Origin: Kiritimatiellia bacterium
Lineage (GTDB): Bacteria; Verrucomicrobiota; Kiritimatiellia; SLOV01
Reading direction: 5' to 3'
Assembly (NCBI GenBank): GCA_007132345.1
Contig: SLOV01000138.1
Span: forward strand, 1-43,427
Length of the DNA stretch: 43,427 nt
Below are positions 8,900 to 17,494 of the stretch, one piece after another. The position numbers and the translations under genes were made by a program. A model generated the notes under the pieces. That model was not told the origin of the DNA, ran no database searches, and saw only the letters and a program-made list of their open reading frames with translations. How positions within the stretch are numbered: the stretch's first letter is position 1; every line of letters starts with the position of its first letter.

Positions 8900-10465
8900 T
8901 CATGGAGCGGCTGGATGACCGGGCGGTACGAGGAGGTCGCCGATGCCGTCCGGATCGTGAAAGAGGGTCTGCCAGCCGAGAGAGGCAAGGTTGACGGCGA
9001 TCGGGTGGTGTCGCGGAAAGAGCGCATAGCCGAATCCGTACTTGTCCACTACACGCGCGGTCTCTGCCGGGTCACGTAAGGCCAGGTAGTCGGGAAACAA
9101 TTCCTTGTCGTATTCGGGCGGCATGACGCCGCTGATGAAGACGCGCCGCTCTGGCAACAGATGCCAGGCCAGGTATCCGCCCCACTCGAAGCGATTCAAC
9201 ATGGGGCCTTGCAGATCGAGCCGCTGTATTTCTTCTACCGCCCGGAAGGGGTAGATGGGGGCGAGACTGCGTTGCAGCAACCCGTTCTCGCTGGCGTGTG
9301 TGAAGTGGACCCCCATGACGAAGACGCATACGAGAACCTGCAGGACCGCGGCGAGGGGCGCCAGCCAGCGCCGTCGCGGCAGGGCACCGATACAGCAGAA
9401 GCAGGCGAGATAGAAGTAGCCCACCATGCGATAGTATCGGAGCGCCTGGGAGAGGAAGAGAAAGGGAAGAAGGAGCAGCGGCCATCGTCGGTCGCGGCGG
9501 CCCCCGGCCAGGACACCGGCGAGCATCACGGGCAAAGAGAGGAAGAAAAGCGTGTCCGCCGAGAACGGTAGAAAGCGCGGCCTGTTCCATTCGCCAATGG
9601 TGGCAAAAACGACGGGGTCACGCTTTGTGTAGACCAGCGTTTTCAGCAGGGTGTCGCTTCCATGCACGGTCATGCAACTGACCACGATAGCCAAAACCCC
9701 CAGTCCACCCCAGACGAGCGCATGATGCCGGGCGGCGGCCGGTGCATCGCGCCGGTTGCTCCACGCCCGGATCCAGGCGGCAAGCACGTATGTGCCGAGC
9801 AGGCAGATGCCAAGGATGGACTCCGCATGCATGTTGGCCCATAGGAATTGGATCAGGAGGAGGCCGACCGCCGACCGCCACGTGAGGCCGCGCCGCCATG
9901 TGCCGTCAAGCATCCACAGCATCAAGGCGAAACAGAGATAGGAGAAAAGATATGGACGTACCCCAGACCGAAGAAACAGCGAAAGGAAGAGGATCATGGT
10001 CGCGCTCGTGGCCAATGGAACATCCCGGGCGCGCAGCACCAGCCAGAGAAAGAAGAGCGCGAGCGTTACGCAGACGGCGCGCAGGAGAATGAGTCCGGCC
10101 GGCCCTGCCCCTGCGTGCACCAGATAGAGGATGATCTGGCTTAGTTCCTGGTGATTGACCCATGGGGTTCCCTCCGTTACGTAGCTAAAGGGGTCGGTTC
10201 TTGGGATCGTGCCCTCTTGCACGATCATCCGCCCCGTCGCCATATGCCACCAGGTGTCCCAGCCCCCTACTGGGTAAAGGGAGAAGACGAACAGCGTTCC
10301 CAGGACCAGCGCCATGGCGAGCCACGTGCCCGGGGGCGCCGGGGGAGACTGCTCGGGCGGCAAAGGCATGGCAAGACATGGTGAGGCATCGATGGTGCCG
10401 TCTCGTTGGCTTCTGTGGCGGGTCGCATCGCCGACACCGGCATCTGGTGGAGATTTACGTTTCAT
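8900..10465 (-). CDS. Polytopic membrane protein, GT-C-like; true start probably near 10369
   Basis: DTWWH..TGR...DPFSY loop after first TM, LWANMH, WGGYLAW, many hydrophobic segments. Confidence 0.7.
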   Translation of the reverse strand: MKRKSPPDAGVGDATRHRSQRDGTIDASPCLAMPLPPEQSPPAPPGTWLAMALVLGTLFVFSLYPVGGWDTWWHMATGRMIVQEGTIPRTDPFSYVTEGTPWVNHQELSQIILYLVHAGAGPAGLILLRAVCVTLALFFLWLVLRARDVPLATSATMILFLSLFLRSGVRPYLFSYLCFALMLWMLDGTWRRGLTWRSAVGLLLIQFLWANMHAESILGICLLGTYVLAAWIRAWSNRRDAPAAARHHALVWGGLGVLAIVVSCMTVHGSDTLLKTLVYTKRDPVVFATIGEWNRPRFLPFSADTLFFLSLPVMLAGVLAGGRRDRRWPLLLLPFLFLSQALRYYRMVGYFYLACFCCIGALPRRRWLAPLAAVLQVLVCVFVMGVHFTHASENGLLQRSLAPIYPFRAVEEIQRLDLQGPMLNRFEWGGYLAWHLLPERRVFISGVMPPEYDKELFPDYLALRDPAETARVVDKYGFGYALFPRHHPIAVNLASLGWQTLFHDPDGIGDLLVPPGHPAAP

Positions 10466-10509
10466 GCGATGATCGCGGGTGTCCGCAAAGAGCAGCCTGA
10501 TGGCGTTCT

Positions 10510-10809
10510 ATGGTCGTGGAGACGCTAGCGGAGGCGTGCCGTAAGGAGCAAGCAGAACGAAAGTGTGCTGCACCCCAGCCCGAATATGGCTTCGGAACAG
10601 ACTTGCCAGGTTTCTTCTTTGTGCGGGTGTTTGAAAAAGGCCCCGCCGCTCTGTCCGGGAGTGTAGCATATTACTATTACGAATTTGGGCCGGTCGCCGC
10701 TCAAGACACTTTTTCGATGGCTCCTCAACTGATCGAAATCAATCGTGATCTCGCCTTTGAGGGGCATGGGGATTTGCTGAGTGTGGCTCTTCTCGGCGGA
10801 GAGCCCTGA
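10510..10809 (+). CDS. Hypothetical protein or fragment, in frame with the downstream ORF
   Basis: Protein-like sequence (FFFVRVFEKGP...YYYYEFGPV); separated from 10879..11748 only by TGA at 10807-10809. Confidence 0.4.
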   Translation: MVVETLAEACRKEQAERKCAAPQPEYGFGTDLPGFFFVRVFEKGPAALSGSVAYYYYEFGPVAAQDTFSMAPQLIEINRDLAFEGHGDLLSVALLGGEP

Positions 10810-10878
10810 TCGCATGCGGCGTACTATCGGAATGGAGTTCGTCATGTCGTCACGGAAGACCTGGAGCATGGGCTCAAT

Positions 10879-11748
10879 ATGGTCGGTTTTCTGCGGTTCG
10901 AAATCGATGAGGGGATGGTGCTCAAGTTGGGCTATCCGTTTCTGCCACCGGACCCGGCCCAGTCCCCCAACTTTGAGCATATCTTTGGCGATCAGCTTCC
11001 CGTGGGCAGCGTGGTTCAGGTGTGGGATCAGACCGACAGATGGGTGGGCGTGGTCAAAGCATCGCGTTCGGGTTGGTGGCCGAGGGATGTCTATTTGAAT
11101 CCAGGTGATGGCGCTCGCCTGTATGCGGCAGCAGGGCGGGGGTCGCCATCTGCCTCGGTGCTGTTGATGGGCGAAGTGCCGGTGACGGAGTACCAGCCGG
11201 GAGATCCCTGCTTGGGCCCCATGATGACGATGCCCTTTGTGTCACATCCCTATCCGGAGCCGCTGCCGTTGCCGGAGTTGGATCGCGTCTTCGGTTTGCC
11301 CGGTGGCGCCATGGTGTTTGCGTGGGATTATCCGTTTCAGGGGTATTCTGTTTTCGCGAAGTCCCAGCGGGCCGGTTGGTCCCTGGATGCAGTCAGCTTT
11401 GTCATTGAGCCTGCAACGGCAGTCTGGGTCTCGGGCGGCGCGTGGCAGCAGTCCTGTTTGCCGTATGACCGCCCTTATGACTGGCCCACAACGGTGCTGC
11501 CCGGCTCGTCGGAGGGAGTGGAGATCTTGGGCATGGGCCTGACGGAGGAAGGTATCGAAATTCAGTGGACGGCCCCCGTGGATTCCAGCGTCTTCGGCAT
11601 TGAGGGCAGCAATCAGTGGCCTCTCCCTGACTGGATGCCCATGACAACGACCCATCGGCTGGTGCCTGGGACGAATGTGTGGATCGACACCGACACGGGC
11701 AGTACGACGATGCGCATCTATCGGGCATCGGGGTTTGTACTGCCCTGA
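10879..11748 (+). CDS. Hypothetical extracellular-type protein with internal duplication and shared C-terminal domain
   Basis: Two GYPF/HPYP...WD...GW...P units; C-terminus IQW...W...VWID...RIYR. Confidence 0.65.
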   Translation: MVGFLRFEIDEGMVLKLGYPFLPPDPAQSPNFEHIFGDQLPVGSVVQVWDQTDRWVGVVKASRSGWWPRDVYLNPGDGARLYAAAGRGSPSASVLLMGEVPVTEYQPGDPCLGPMMTMPFVSHPYPEPLPLPELDRVFGLPGGAMVFAWDYPFQGYSVFAKSQRAGWSLDAVSFVIEPATAVWVSGGAWQQSCLPYDRPYDWPTTVLPGSSEGVEILGMGLTEEGIEIQWTAPVDSSVFGIEGSNQWPLPDWMPMTTTHRLVPGTNVWIDTDTGSTTMRIYRASGFVLP

Positions 11749-11827
11749 GGAGGGCCGGCGTGAATCAGCCCTGAATGCCAGAAAATTGAGTTGTCACGGC
11801 GCTTGATTCAGGCTTTCATCTTTTTCA

Positions 11828-13207
11828 ATGTCTTCGCTTCTGACCTCTCCCCTGCTCGGCGCAACGCTGGCCGCACTCGCCGCCTTCGCTCCTGTCGCTC
11901 CCGACGCCCGCGCCGAGATTGCGCCTGCATTGCTCGATTTCCGGGAGGTTGTCCGCGACGCGAAAGACAAAGTCTTTCCCGCCGTCCTCTACGTTAAATG
12001 CCGCCGCGAGGCCTTGGAGCGGGGCCGCCAGGCTACCGCGGAGGTCGCCGGCAGTGGCGTCATCATTTCGCCCGACGGACTGGCCCTTTCGAATTGGCAT
12101 GTCGTCGAGAAGGCGCTCGAGGTGCGCTGCCTGCTCTCCGACGGGCGCGCCATGGATGCCACCATTCTGGGAACGGACAAATCCACGGACCTGGCACTGC
12201 TTCAACTCCATCTGCCCGAAGATGGGGCGGCCCTGCCCTATGCGGAATTAGGCGATTCGCGCCTGCTGACGGAAGGCGATTTTGTCATGGCCATGGGTGC
12301 GCCCTGGGGCCTCAACCGTTCTGTTTCACTGGGGGTGGTTTCCTGCGTCGACCGCTATCTGCCCGCCGCAAGTGAGTACAGCCTCTGGCTCCAGACCGAT
12401 GCCTCGATCAGTCCCGGTAACTCGGGTGGCCCGCTGGTGAACACCGACGGCGAGGTGATCGGCATCAACACGCGCGGCGCCATCATCGGCGGCGACCTCG
12501 GCTTCGCGGTGCCCAGCGAAACGATTCTCGAACTCCTTCCCCACTTTCGGCAACGGGGCGAAGTCGAGTGGGCCTGGACCGGGCTGCAGCTTCAGCCTCT
12601 GCGCGATTTCGAGCGCAACACCTACTTTGACGCGGAGGAGGGCGTGGTGGTTGCGGGTACCGATCCAGACAGCCCGGCCAGGCGCGCGGGGGTTCTAACC
12701 GGCGACCGCATCGTCGCACTGAATGGAACCCGCATCACGGCCTTGACCGCGGAAGGGCTGCCGGGGATCCGGCGCAAGTTCGGATTACTCCCCCCCGGCG
12801 AGCTGCTCCAGATCGAATTGCTCCGTGGCGAGCAGCCCATGGAGATTTCGTTCGCGCCGCGTGTGAAAGGCACCGTAGAGGGCGACCAGCTCGCCCTGCC
12901 GCGCTGGGACATGACCGTTCGCACCATCAATCAGTTTGCCAATCCCGGCCTCTACTTCCATCGCCAGGATGGCATCTTCCTTTACGGAATCCGACGCCCC
13001 GGCAATGCACAAAACGCTGGCTTTTCCTCCCGCGATATCCTGCTGGAAATCGAGGGACAGCCGGTGCAAACCCTCGAAGATGTTCAGCGGATTCATCAGA
13101 ATGCCATTGAGCAGATCGACGAGCGCCACCGCCTTCGCTTCACGGTGCTGCGAAACGGATTGCGCCGCGAGATCGTCCTCGACTTCTCCCGGGATTTCGA
13201 ACGCTGA
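11828..13207 (+). CDS. HtrA/DegP-like serine protease with two PDZ domains
   Basis: Signal peptide; GSGVII, SNWHVV (His), TDLALL (Asp), ISPGNSGGPLVN (Ser); PDZ motifs SPARRAGV and NAQNAGF. Confidence 0.92.
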   Translation: MSSLLTSPLLGATLAALAAFAPVAPDARAEIAPALLDFREVVRDAKDKVFPAVLYVKCRREALERGRQATAEVAGSGVIISPDGLALSNWHVVEKALEVRCLLSDGRAMDATILGTDKSTDLALLQLHLPEDGAALPYAELGDSRLLTEGDFVMAMGAPWGLNRSVSLGVVSCVDRYLPAASEYSLWLQTDASISPGNSGGPLVNTDGEVIGINTRGAIIGGDLGFAVPSETILELLPHFRQRGEVEWAWTGLQLQPLRDFERNTYFDAEEGVVVAGTDPDSPARRAGVLTGDRIVALNGTRITALTAEGLPGIRRKFGLLPPGELLQIELLRGEQPMEISFAPRVKGTVEGDQLALPRWDMTVRTINQFANPGLYFHRQDGIFLYGIRRPGNAQNAGFSSRDILLEIEGQPVQTLEDVQRIHQNAIEQIDERHRLRFTVLRNGLRREIVLDFSRDFER

Positions 13208-13254
13208 GTGATTTTGTTCCGCTTCCGGTCGACAACCCATCGAAAGGCCACACC

Positions 13255-15492
13255 ATGAACGAAAACTGCCACGCTACTTCCGTTCCGTCCCGTTGCGCCG
13301 CACCCGTTCGCGGGTTCGCAAGTTGCCTGCAAGCGATTTGCCTGGCATCGGTCCTGCTGCTCGCCGCGGGGGGCGCCGTGCGGGCGGAGGAAACGGCTGC
13401 GACATCAGGCGCCACGCAGCTCAAGATCGCGGAGGCATTGTCCCCTTCTGTCGTGCGGGTCGAATACACGCTCCGCTACGATGAAGGCGATGCCCCGCTC
13501 AGTCGCGGCTGGAACCAGCGCTGCCCCCGCTGCGGCAATTTCCACGGCGACCGGGTCGACCCCATCGTTCGGGACGAGCGACCCCTGGAGCGGGCCGGGT
13601 TCCTGCTCACTCCGACGAGCGTGGTCTCTCCCCACATCCTGGTGCACCCCCGCTTCATCGAAAGCATTGCCGTCACCTGGCGCGGCCATTCGATTCCGGC
13701 GCGGCCGGCCGGCTATGCCACGGAACATCGTGCCTTGCTGCTGGAACTTGATGAACCGATTCCGGGTGCCGAGCCGCTCGTCTTCGGCGCCGACCCCGAA
13801 GCGCCCCTCTTTGCGGCGTCGTTGGCTGAATCGGGCGGACAGTGGAATATCGGCGTGCAGCCCTTTGCGGAAACAGTTCTGCTCCGCGAGGATGGCGGCG
13901 CGCGGATCGGTCTGCCCGACGGTAGCGCCATCGTCGATGCCGAAGGGCGGGTGCTCGGCATCGCCATGGCCGAAGAACAAGCAATGAACGACCAGTGGCA
14001 TGGGTCGCCCGCCGATTGGGAGCAGGTTGCGGCCGCGGACATGGAGCGGCGCATCGAAGCGCACGCGGCCACCGTCGAGAAGCTTTTGCCGCGTGTCTCC
14101 CTGCATTTTCGCAGCCCGCGCGAATCCAGCGAAGACCCTTTTCAGAGCATGTATCGTGGTTTCGGAACCGACGATAGCAGCCCTACGGAACGCGAAGCCC
14201 ACGGCCTTCTGCTCCCTGATGGTCAGATCCTGATCCTCGCCAACCTGAGCGCCAGGGACACGGCCCGGCTGGAGCGTATTCGCGTGCACCTGCCCGGTCA
14301 GCCTCCCGCGTCGGCCTCTTTCGTGGCGAGCCTCTCCGATTATGGCGCACTGCTCGCACGCCTCGAAACACCTGGGCCCGCGCTCTCCTTTGCGGAAACA
14401 CCTGCTGAGGACCCGCAGGGGCGCCTGCTCCTCGCTTCTCATCTCGAAGTGCGCGGTGAACAGTTGCGTGCCTTTCACGAACCCGCGCGCGTGATCGAAA
14501 TGCGGAAAGGCCGCCGCGGCGCGCTTTTCCCGGAGCTTGCCGGCAACACCGCTGACATTTTTCTGTTCGACCTCGACAGCAATCTGCTCGCACTGCCCAT
14601 CGAAATACGCGAGCGCGCCGTGGGCCAGGAACGCAGATGGCGCTCCAGCGAGCGCGTGCTGACGCCTGCGCCCCTGCTGGCGGCCGTGCTGGCCGATCTC
14701 GATGCGCACATCGATACGGCCAATGTGCCCGTCGATCCGGAGGAAGAACTGCGTCTGGCGTGGATTGGCGTAGAATTGCAACCCCTCGACGCCGGTCTGG
14801 CCCGTGCCTACCAGGTGGCTGGTCGCACCGAGAGCGGCCGCACCGGGGCGCTGGTCACGCATGTCTATCCTGGATCGCCCGCCGAAGCAGCCGACATCCG
14901 TTCGGGGGATGTGCTGCTGCTGGTCAACGTCGAGGGGCTGCCAAGGCCATTCCCCGTGCAGATCGAGGAGGCGATGCATCGGGAAGCCTTCCCCTGGGAC
15001 GAAATCGATCAGGTCCCCGACGAGTACTTTCATTTTCTGCCTCAACCGTGGAGTTCCGCCGAAAACTCCTTTACGCGTTTCCTGACCGACCTCGGATTCG
15101 GACGGGAAGTGGAGATTGAAGGCATGCGCGATGGCGAACTCCTCCTGTACACCCTGCAGATCGTGGAAGGGCCACGCCATTACCAGGCCGCGCCGGAGTT
15201 CCGGTCCGAAGGCTTCGGGCTCACCGTCCGCGAGCTGACCTATGAAACGCGGCGCTTCTACCAGGCGGCCGATGACGGCCCTGGCGTGATCGTGGCCCGC
15301 ATCGAGCCAGGGTCGCCCGCCTCGACCGCGGGATTGAAGCCCTTCGAGTTGATCACGCACATCGACGACGAGCCCATTTTCACCGTCGACCGACTGCAGG
15401 CGCTGGAAGAGCAGGGCGGCGACCTGCGCCTCTCCGTTCAGCGCATGCATCAACTGCGCATCGTCGTCATGCGCCGCGTTGCGGGTTCATAG
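13255..15492 (+). CDS. Secreted PDZ-domain protein with degenerate trypsin-like regions
   Basis: Signal ending AVRA; AWIGVELQPL resembles AWTGLQLQPL of the neighbour; PDZ motifs VYPGSPAEAADI and IEPGSPASTAGL; no GNSGG. Confidence 0.8.
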   Translation: MNENCHATSVPSRCAAPVRGFASCLQAICLASVLLLAAGGAVRAEETAATSGATQLKIAEALSPSVVRVEYTLRYDEGDAPLSRGWNQRCPRCGNFHGDRVDPIVRDERPLERAGFLLTPTSVVSPHILVHPRFIESIAVTWRGHSIPARPAGYATEHRALLLELDEPIPGAEPLVFGADPEAPLFAASLAESGGQWNIGVQPFAETVLLREDGGARIGLPDGSAIVDAEGRVLGIAMAEEQAMNDQWHGSPADWEQVAAADMERRIEAHAATVEKLLPRVSLHFRSPRESSEDPFQSMYRGFGTDDSSPTEREAHGLLLPDGQILILANLSARDTARLERIRVHLPGQPPASASFVASLSDYGALLARLETPGPALSFAETPAEDPQGRLLLASHLEVRGEQLRAFHEPARVIEMRKGRRGALFPELAGNTADIFLFDLDSNLLALPIEIRERAVGQERRWRSSERVLTPAPLLAAVLADLDAHIDTANVPVDPEEELRLAWIGVELQPLDAGLARAYQVAGRTESGRTGALVTHVYPGSPAEAADIRSGDVLLLVNVEGLPRPFPVQIEEAMHREAFPWDEIDQVPDEYFHFLPQPWSSAENSFTRFLTDLGFGREVEIEGMRDGELLLYTLQIVEGPRHYQAAPEFRSEGFGLTVRELTYETRRFYQAADDGPGVIVARIEPGSPASTAGLKPFELITHIDDEPIFTVDRLQALEEQGGDLRLSVQRMHQLRIVVMRRVAGS

Positions 15493-15497
15493 CCTTA

Positions 15498-15677
15498 TAT
15501 GTGGAGTTCACCTCCCCGCTTTCTTCCGATTCGTGGCAGCGGGATGACGCACGCTTTTCGATTCTGGTAGAGCCCGACAGTCCGGACTTCGATCAGGTGT
15601 GGGTCGACGATGCCGAACCCCTTTCGCCCACCGGCGCCTATCGCCTGAAGGGCTACTTGCCCGAGTGGACAAAGTAA
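15498..15677 (+). pseudogene. Orphan C-terminal-domain fragment of a secreted protein
   Basis: Manual translation YVEFTSPLSSDSWQRDDARFSILVEPDSPDFDQVWVDDAEPLSPTGAYRLKGYLPEWTK*; resembles the C-terminus of 10879..11748; no signal peptide or upstream body. Confidence 0.5.
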
Positions 15678-15706
15678 CGGACAGAACCCGAGATCCCTCG
15701 TGTTTT

Positions 15707-16066
15707 TCAGCCGGCGCCCCTGATTCGAATCCCCTTCTCTTCCACGATCCACAGATGCTTTTTCAGCGTTTCAGTGGGAAGCAGGGAAACAAATCGGTGC
15801 GCGAGGGCCAGCACCGCCGGCTTTGACTGATCTTTCGACCTTATTACCACGATTCCGCCGAACTCTTCTGGAGGATAAGCGATGATGTTGGCAAAATCTG
15901 TATCAAGCGTGACGAATGCGCGAGATTCCGCCTGACACACAGAGGCTATGTCGGAATCGGGCTGGCCTCCCAAATCTTGATCAAGAACAGACATTGCGTT
16001 GTGGCCGACCGCGCGAAGAATCGCGCAGATTTCGAATGGAAGATTCTCGTCGACCTTGAAGTCCAA
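15707..16066 (-). CDS. DUF5615 PIN-like protein, putative toxin
   Basis: MDFKVDENLP, GHNA, D.DI, FVTLDTDF, GIVVIR. Confidence 0.88.
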   Translation of the reverse strand: MDFKVDENLPFEICAILRAVGHNAMSVLDQDLGGQPDSDIASVCQAESRAFVTLDTDFANIIAYPPEEFGGIVVIRSKDQSKPAVLALAHRFVSLLPTETLKKHLWIVEEKGIRIRGAG

Positions 16067-16074
16067 GGCCTACC

Positions 16075-16305
<231 letters not shown>

Positions 16306-16481
16306 TCAAACCTACCATGATTGGGGTGTCAGGGAAATCTCTTTGCATCCCCCGCGGTTCCTGCCTCCCTGTCCGCAACACACCTTCGCGTATCGACGGG
16401 CGCATGCCCGTCATGGAGGGGCGAGTTACACGAGCCCGCGAGCGGGTGGTCGTGGCTTTGAACCCATGCGATGGCGTTGAC

Positions 16482-16614
16482 CAGCAATTCTCAGTATGGC
16501 CCGGAACCAGGCCTTCGGGCCTGCTGAAGCAGGTACTACGAACCGTTTTTCGCCTAGTCTTCGCCCGTTTGTAGTCCCGCCTTCAGGCGGCAAGGGCCAT
16601 AATGAGAATTGCTG
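16482..16614. mobile_element. 133-bp MITE-like element carrying a REP doublet
   Basis: 21-bp terminal inverted repeats CAGCAATTCTCAGTATGGCCC / GGGCCATAATGAGAATTGCTG (1 mismatch); flanking 9-bp direct repeat GGCGTTGAC at 16473-16481 and 16615-16623. Confidence 0.8.
16520..16590. repeat. Inverted pair of GTAG-type REP-like hairpins inside the MITE
   Basis: 16520-16539 is the reverse complement of GTAGTACCTGCTTCAGCAGG; 16571-16590 is GTAGTCCCGCCTTCAGGCGG. Confidence 0.75.
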
Positions 16615-16992
16615 GGCGTTGACGGCGGCATCGTGCAAATCCGTCTCGTTGGCCTTACATTTCCTTTCGAGGCCCAGATAGTGTCCCCATGGATGCGATT
16701 CGCGTTGCCGGGCCGTCACGGCAACTCGCTGGCTATCCAGAGGAGAGAAGCCGTAGCGCGTCCAGCCCAAAACCGTCGTACGGTCTTGGCGGTCGCTCTG
16801 CTTTTTCGTTCGCCGCGGCTTGGCGGTCTTGGGTGCATGAGTGGGCATCGATCTCTCCAGTGCCATATTGCCCCTCCAAACGCGCCACATGGCTTCTCTT
16901 GTCAAGGCGGATGTGGAGCCGAAATCGCGGCCCAATGCCAATGGCAAGGTGTCCTGCCTGCAACGGAGCGGCTCCGCTTCCGGAGCCGGTGG

Positions 16993-17097
16993 TTAGGTGT
17001 AAGAGACCGAGCGTGAAATCTCAATGGCATGCAGGCGAAGCGCCTTGTGCAGGACAGGGTCGACATAAACAGTGGCTCGCTTTGTCAGTGTGCTCAT
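16993..17097 (-). pseudogene. Truncated CopG/ribbon-helix-helix antitoxin-like gene
   Basis: Manual translation MSTLTKRATVYVDPVLHKALRLHAIEISRSVSYT*; matches the N-terminal half of CopG-family antitoxins and stops early. Confidence 0.7.
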
Positions 17098-17101
17098 GTA
17101 A

Positions 17102-17263
17102 AAGAACGTCTTTGACGAGGGTGACCTGGCTCCCGATTCAGTTATTCAGGATTTCTTAATAACTGCCGCCGATGGGAAGGAATACCGGGGAAGACACAAC
17201 AACCTGGACCTCATCATTTCGGTGAGGCAGCTATCTATAGAAGACGCAAAAGGTTGTGCTTAA
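17102..17263 (+). pseudogene. RhuM-family fragment
   Basis: Manual translation KNVFDEGDLAPDSVIQDFLITAADGKEYRGRHNNLDLIISV resembles RhuM KNIF.EGEL...TAADGK.Y...YNLD.IISVG; no start codon and similarity is lost after ISV. Confidence 0.7.
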
Positions 17264-17318
17264 TCAGGATCTCATCAGAATGGCACTAAAATAAGGACGA
17301 TTTCGGATGGGACCTTTG

Positions 17319-17394
17319 CGGCTCACCGGGGACGGTTCGCCCTACCCACCAGGCACTTGCGCGGGAAGGTAGGGCGAAGCGTCTCGCTGAGCCG
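17319..17394. repeat. Second GTAG-type REP doublet (different family)
   Basis: 17319-17346 is the reverse complement of GGTAGGGCGAACCGTCCCCGGTGAGCCG; 17368-17394 is GGTAGGGCGAAGCGTCTCGCTGAGCCG. Confidence 0.75.
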
Positions 17395-17494
17395 TAATCT
17401 TGTTGGCGTTGACGGCGTCCCCCGTGAGGAGGGACGTTGTCCCACCAACGGGGGGACTCACGTCCGTATAACTCCGCCCTCCAGCTCAGAGGCC

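Noticed and set aside
10807-10809. Selenocysteine recoding of the in-frame TGA
   Set aside because: No redox-motif context and no evident SECIS hairpin immediately downstream
13522-13545. Heme c binding site in the PDZ protein
   Set aside because: Motif is CPRCGNFH, not CxxCH
13405-15453. 682-aa minus-strand ORF, and similar long antisense ORFs at 18761..20176, 35095..36369 and 1384..2466
   Set aside because: Shadows of well-supported genes on the opposite strand in GC-rich DNA; no recognisable motifs
16955-16998. Integron attC site at the truncated CopG stop (ACCTAAC plus hairpin on the minus strand)
   Set aside because: Too short, the partner box reads GTTGCAG rather than GTTRRRY, and there is no integrase or second site in the window
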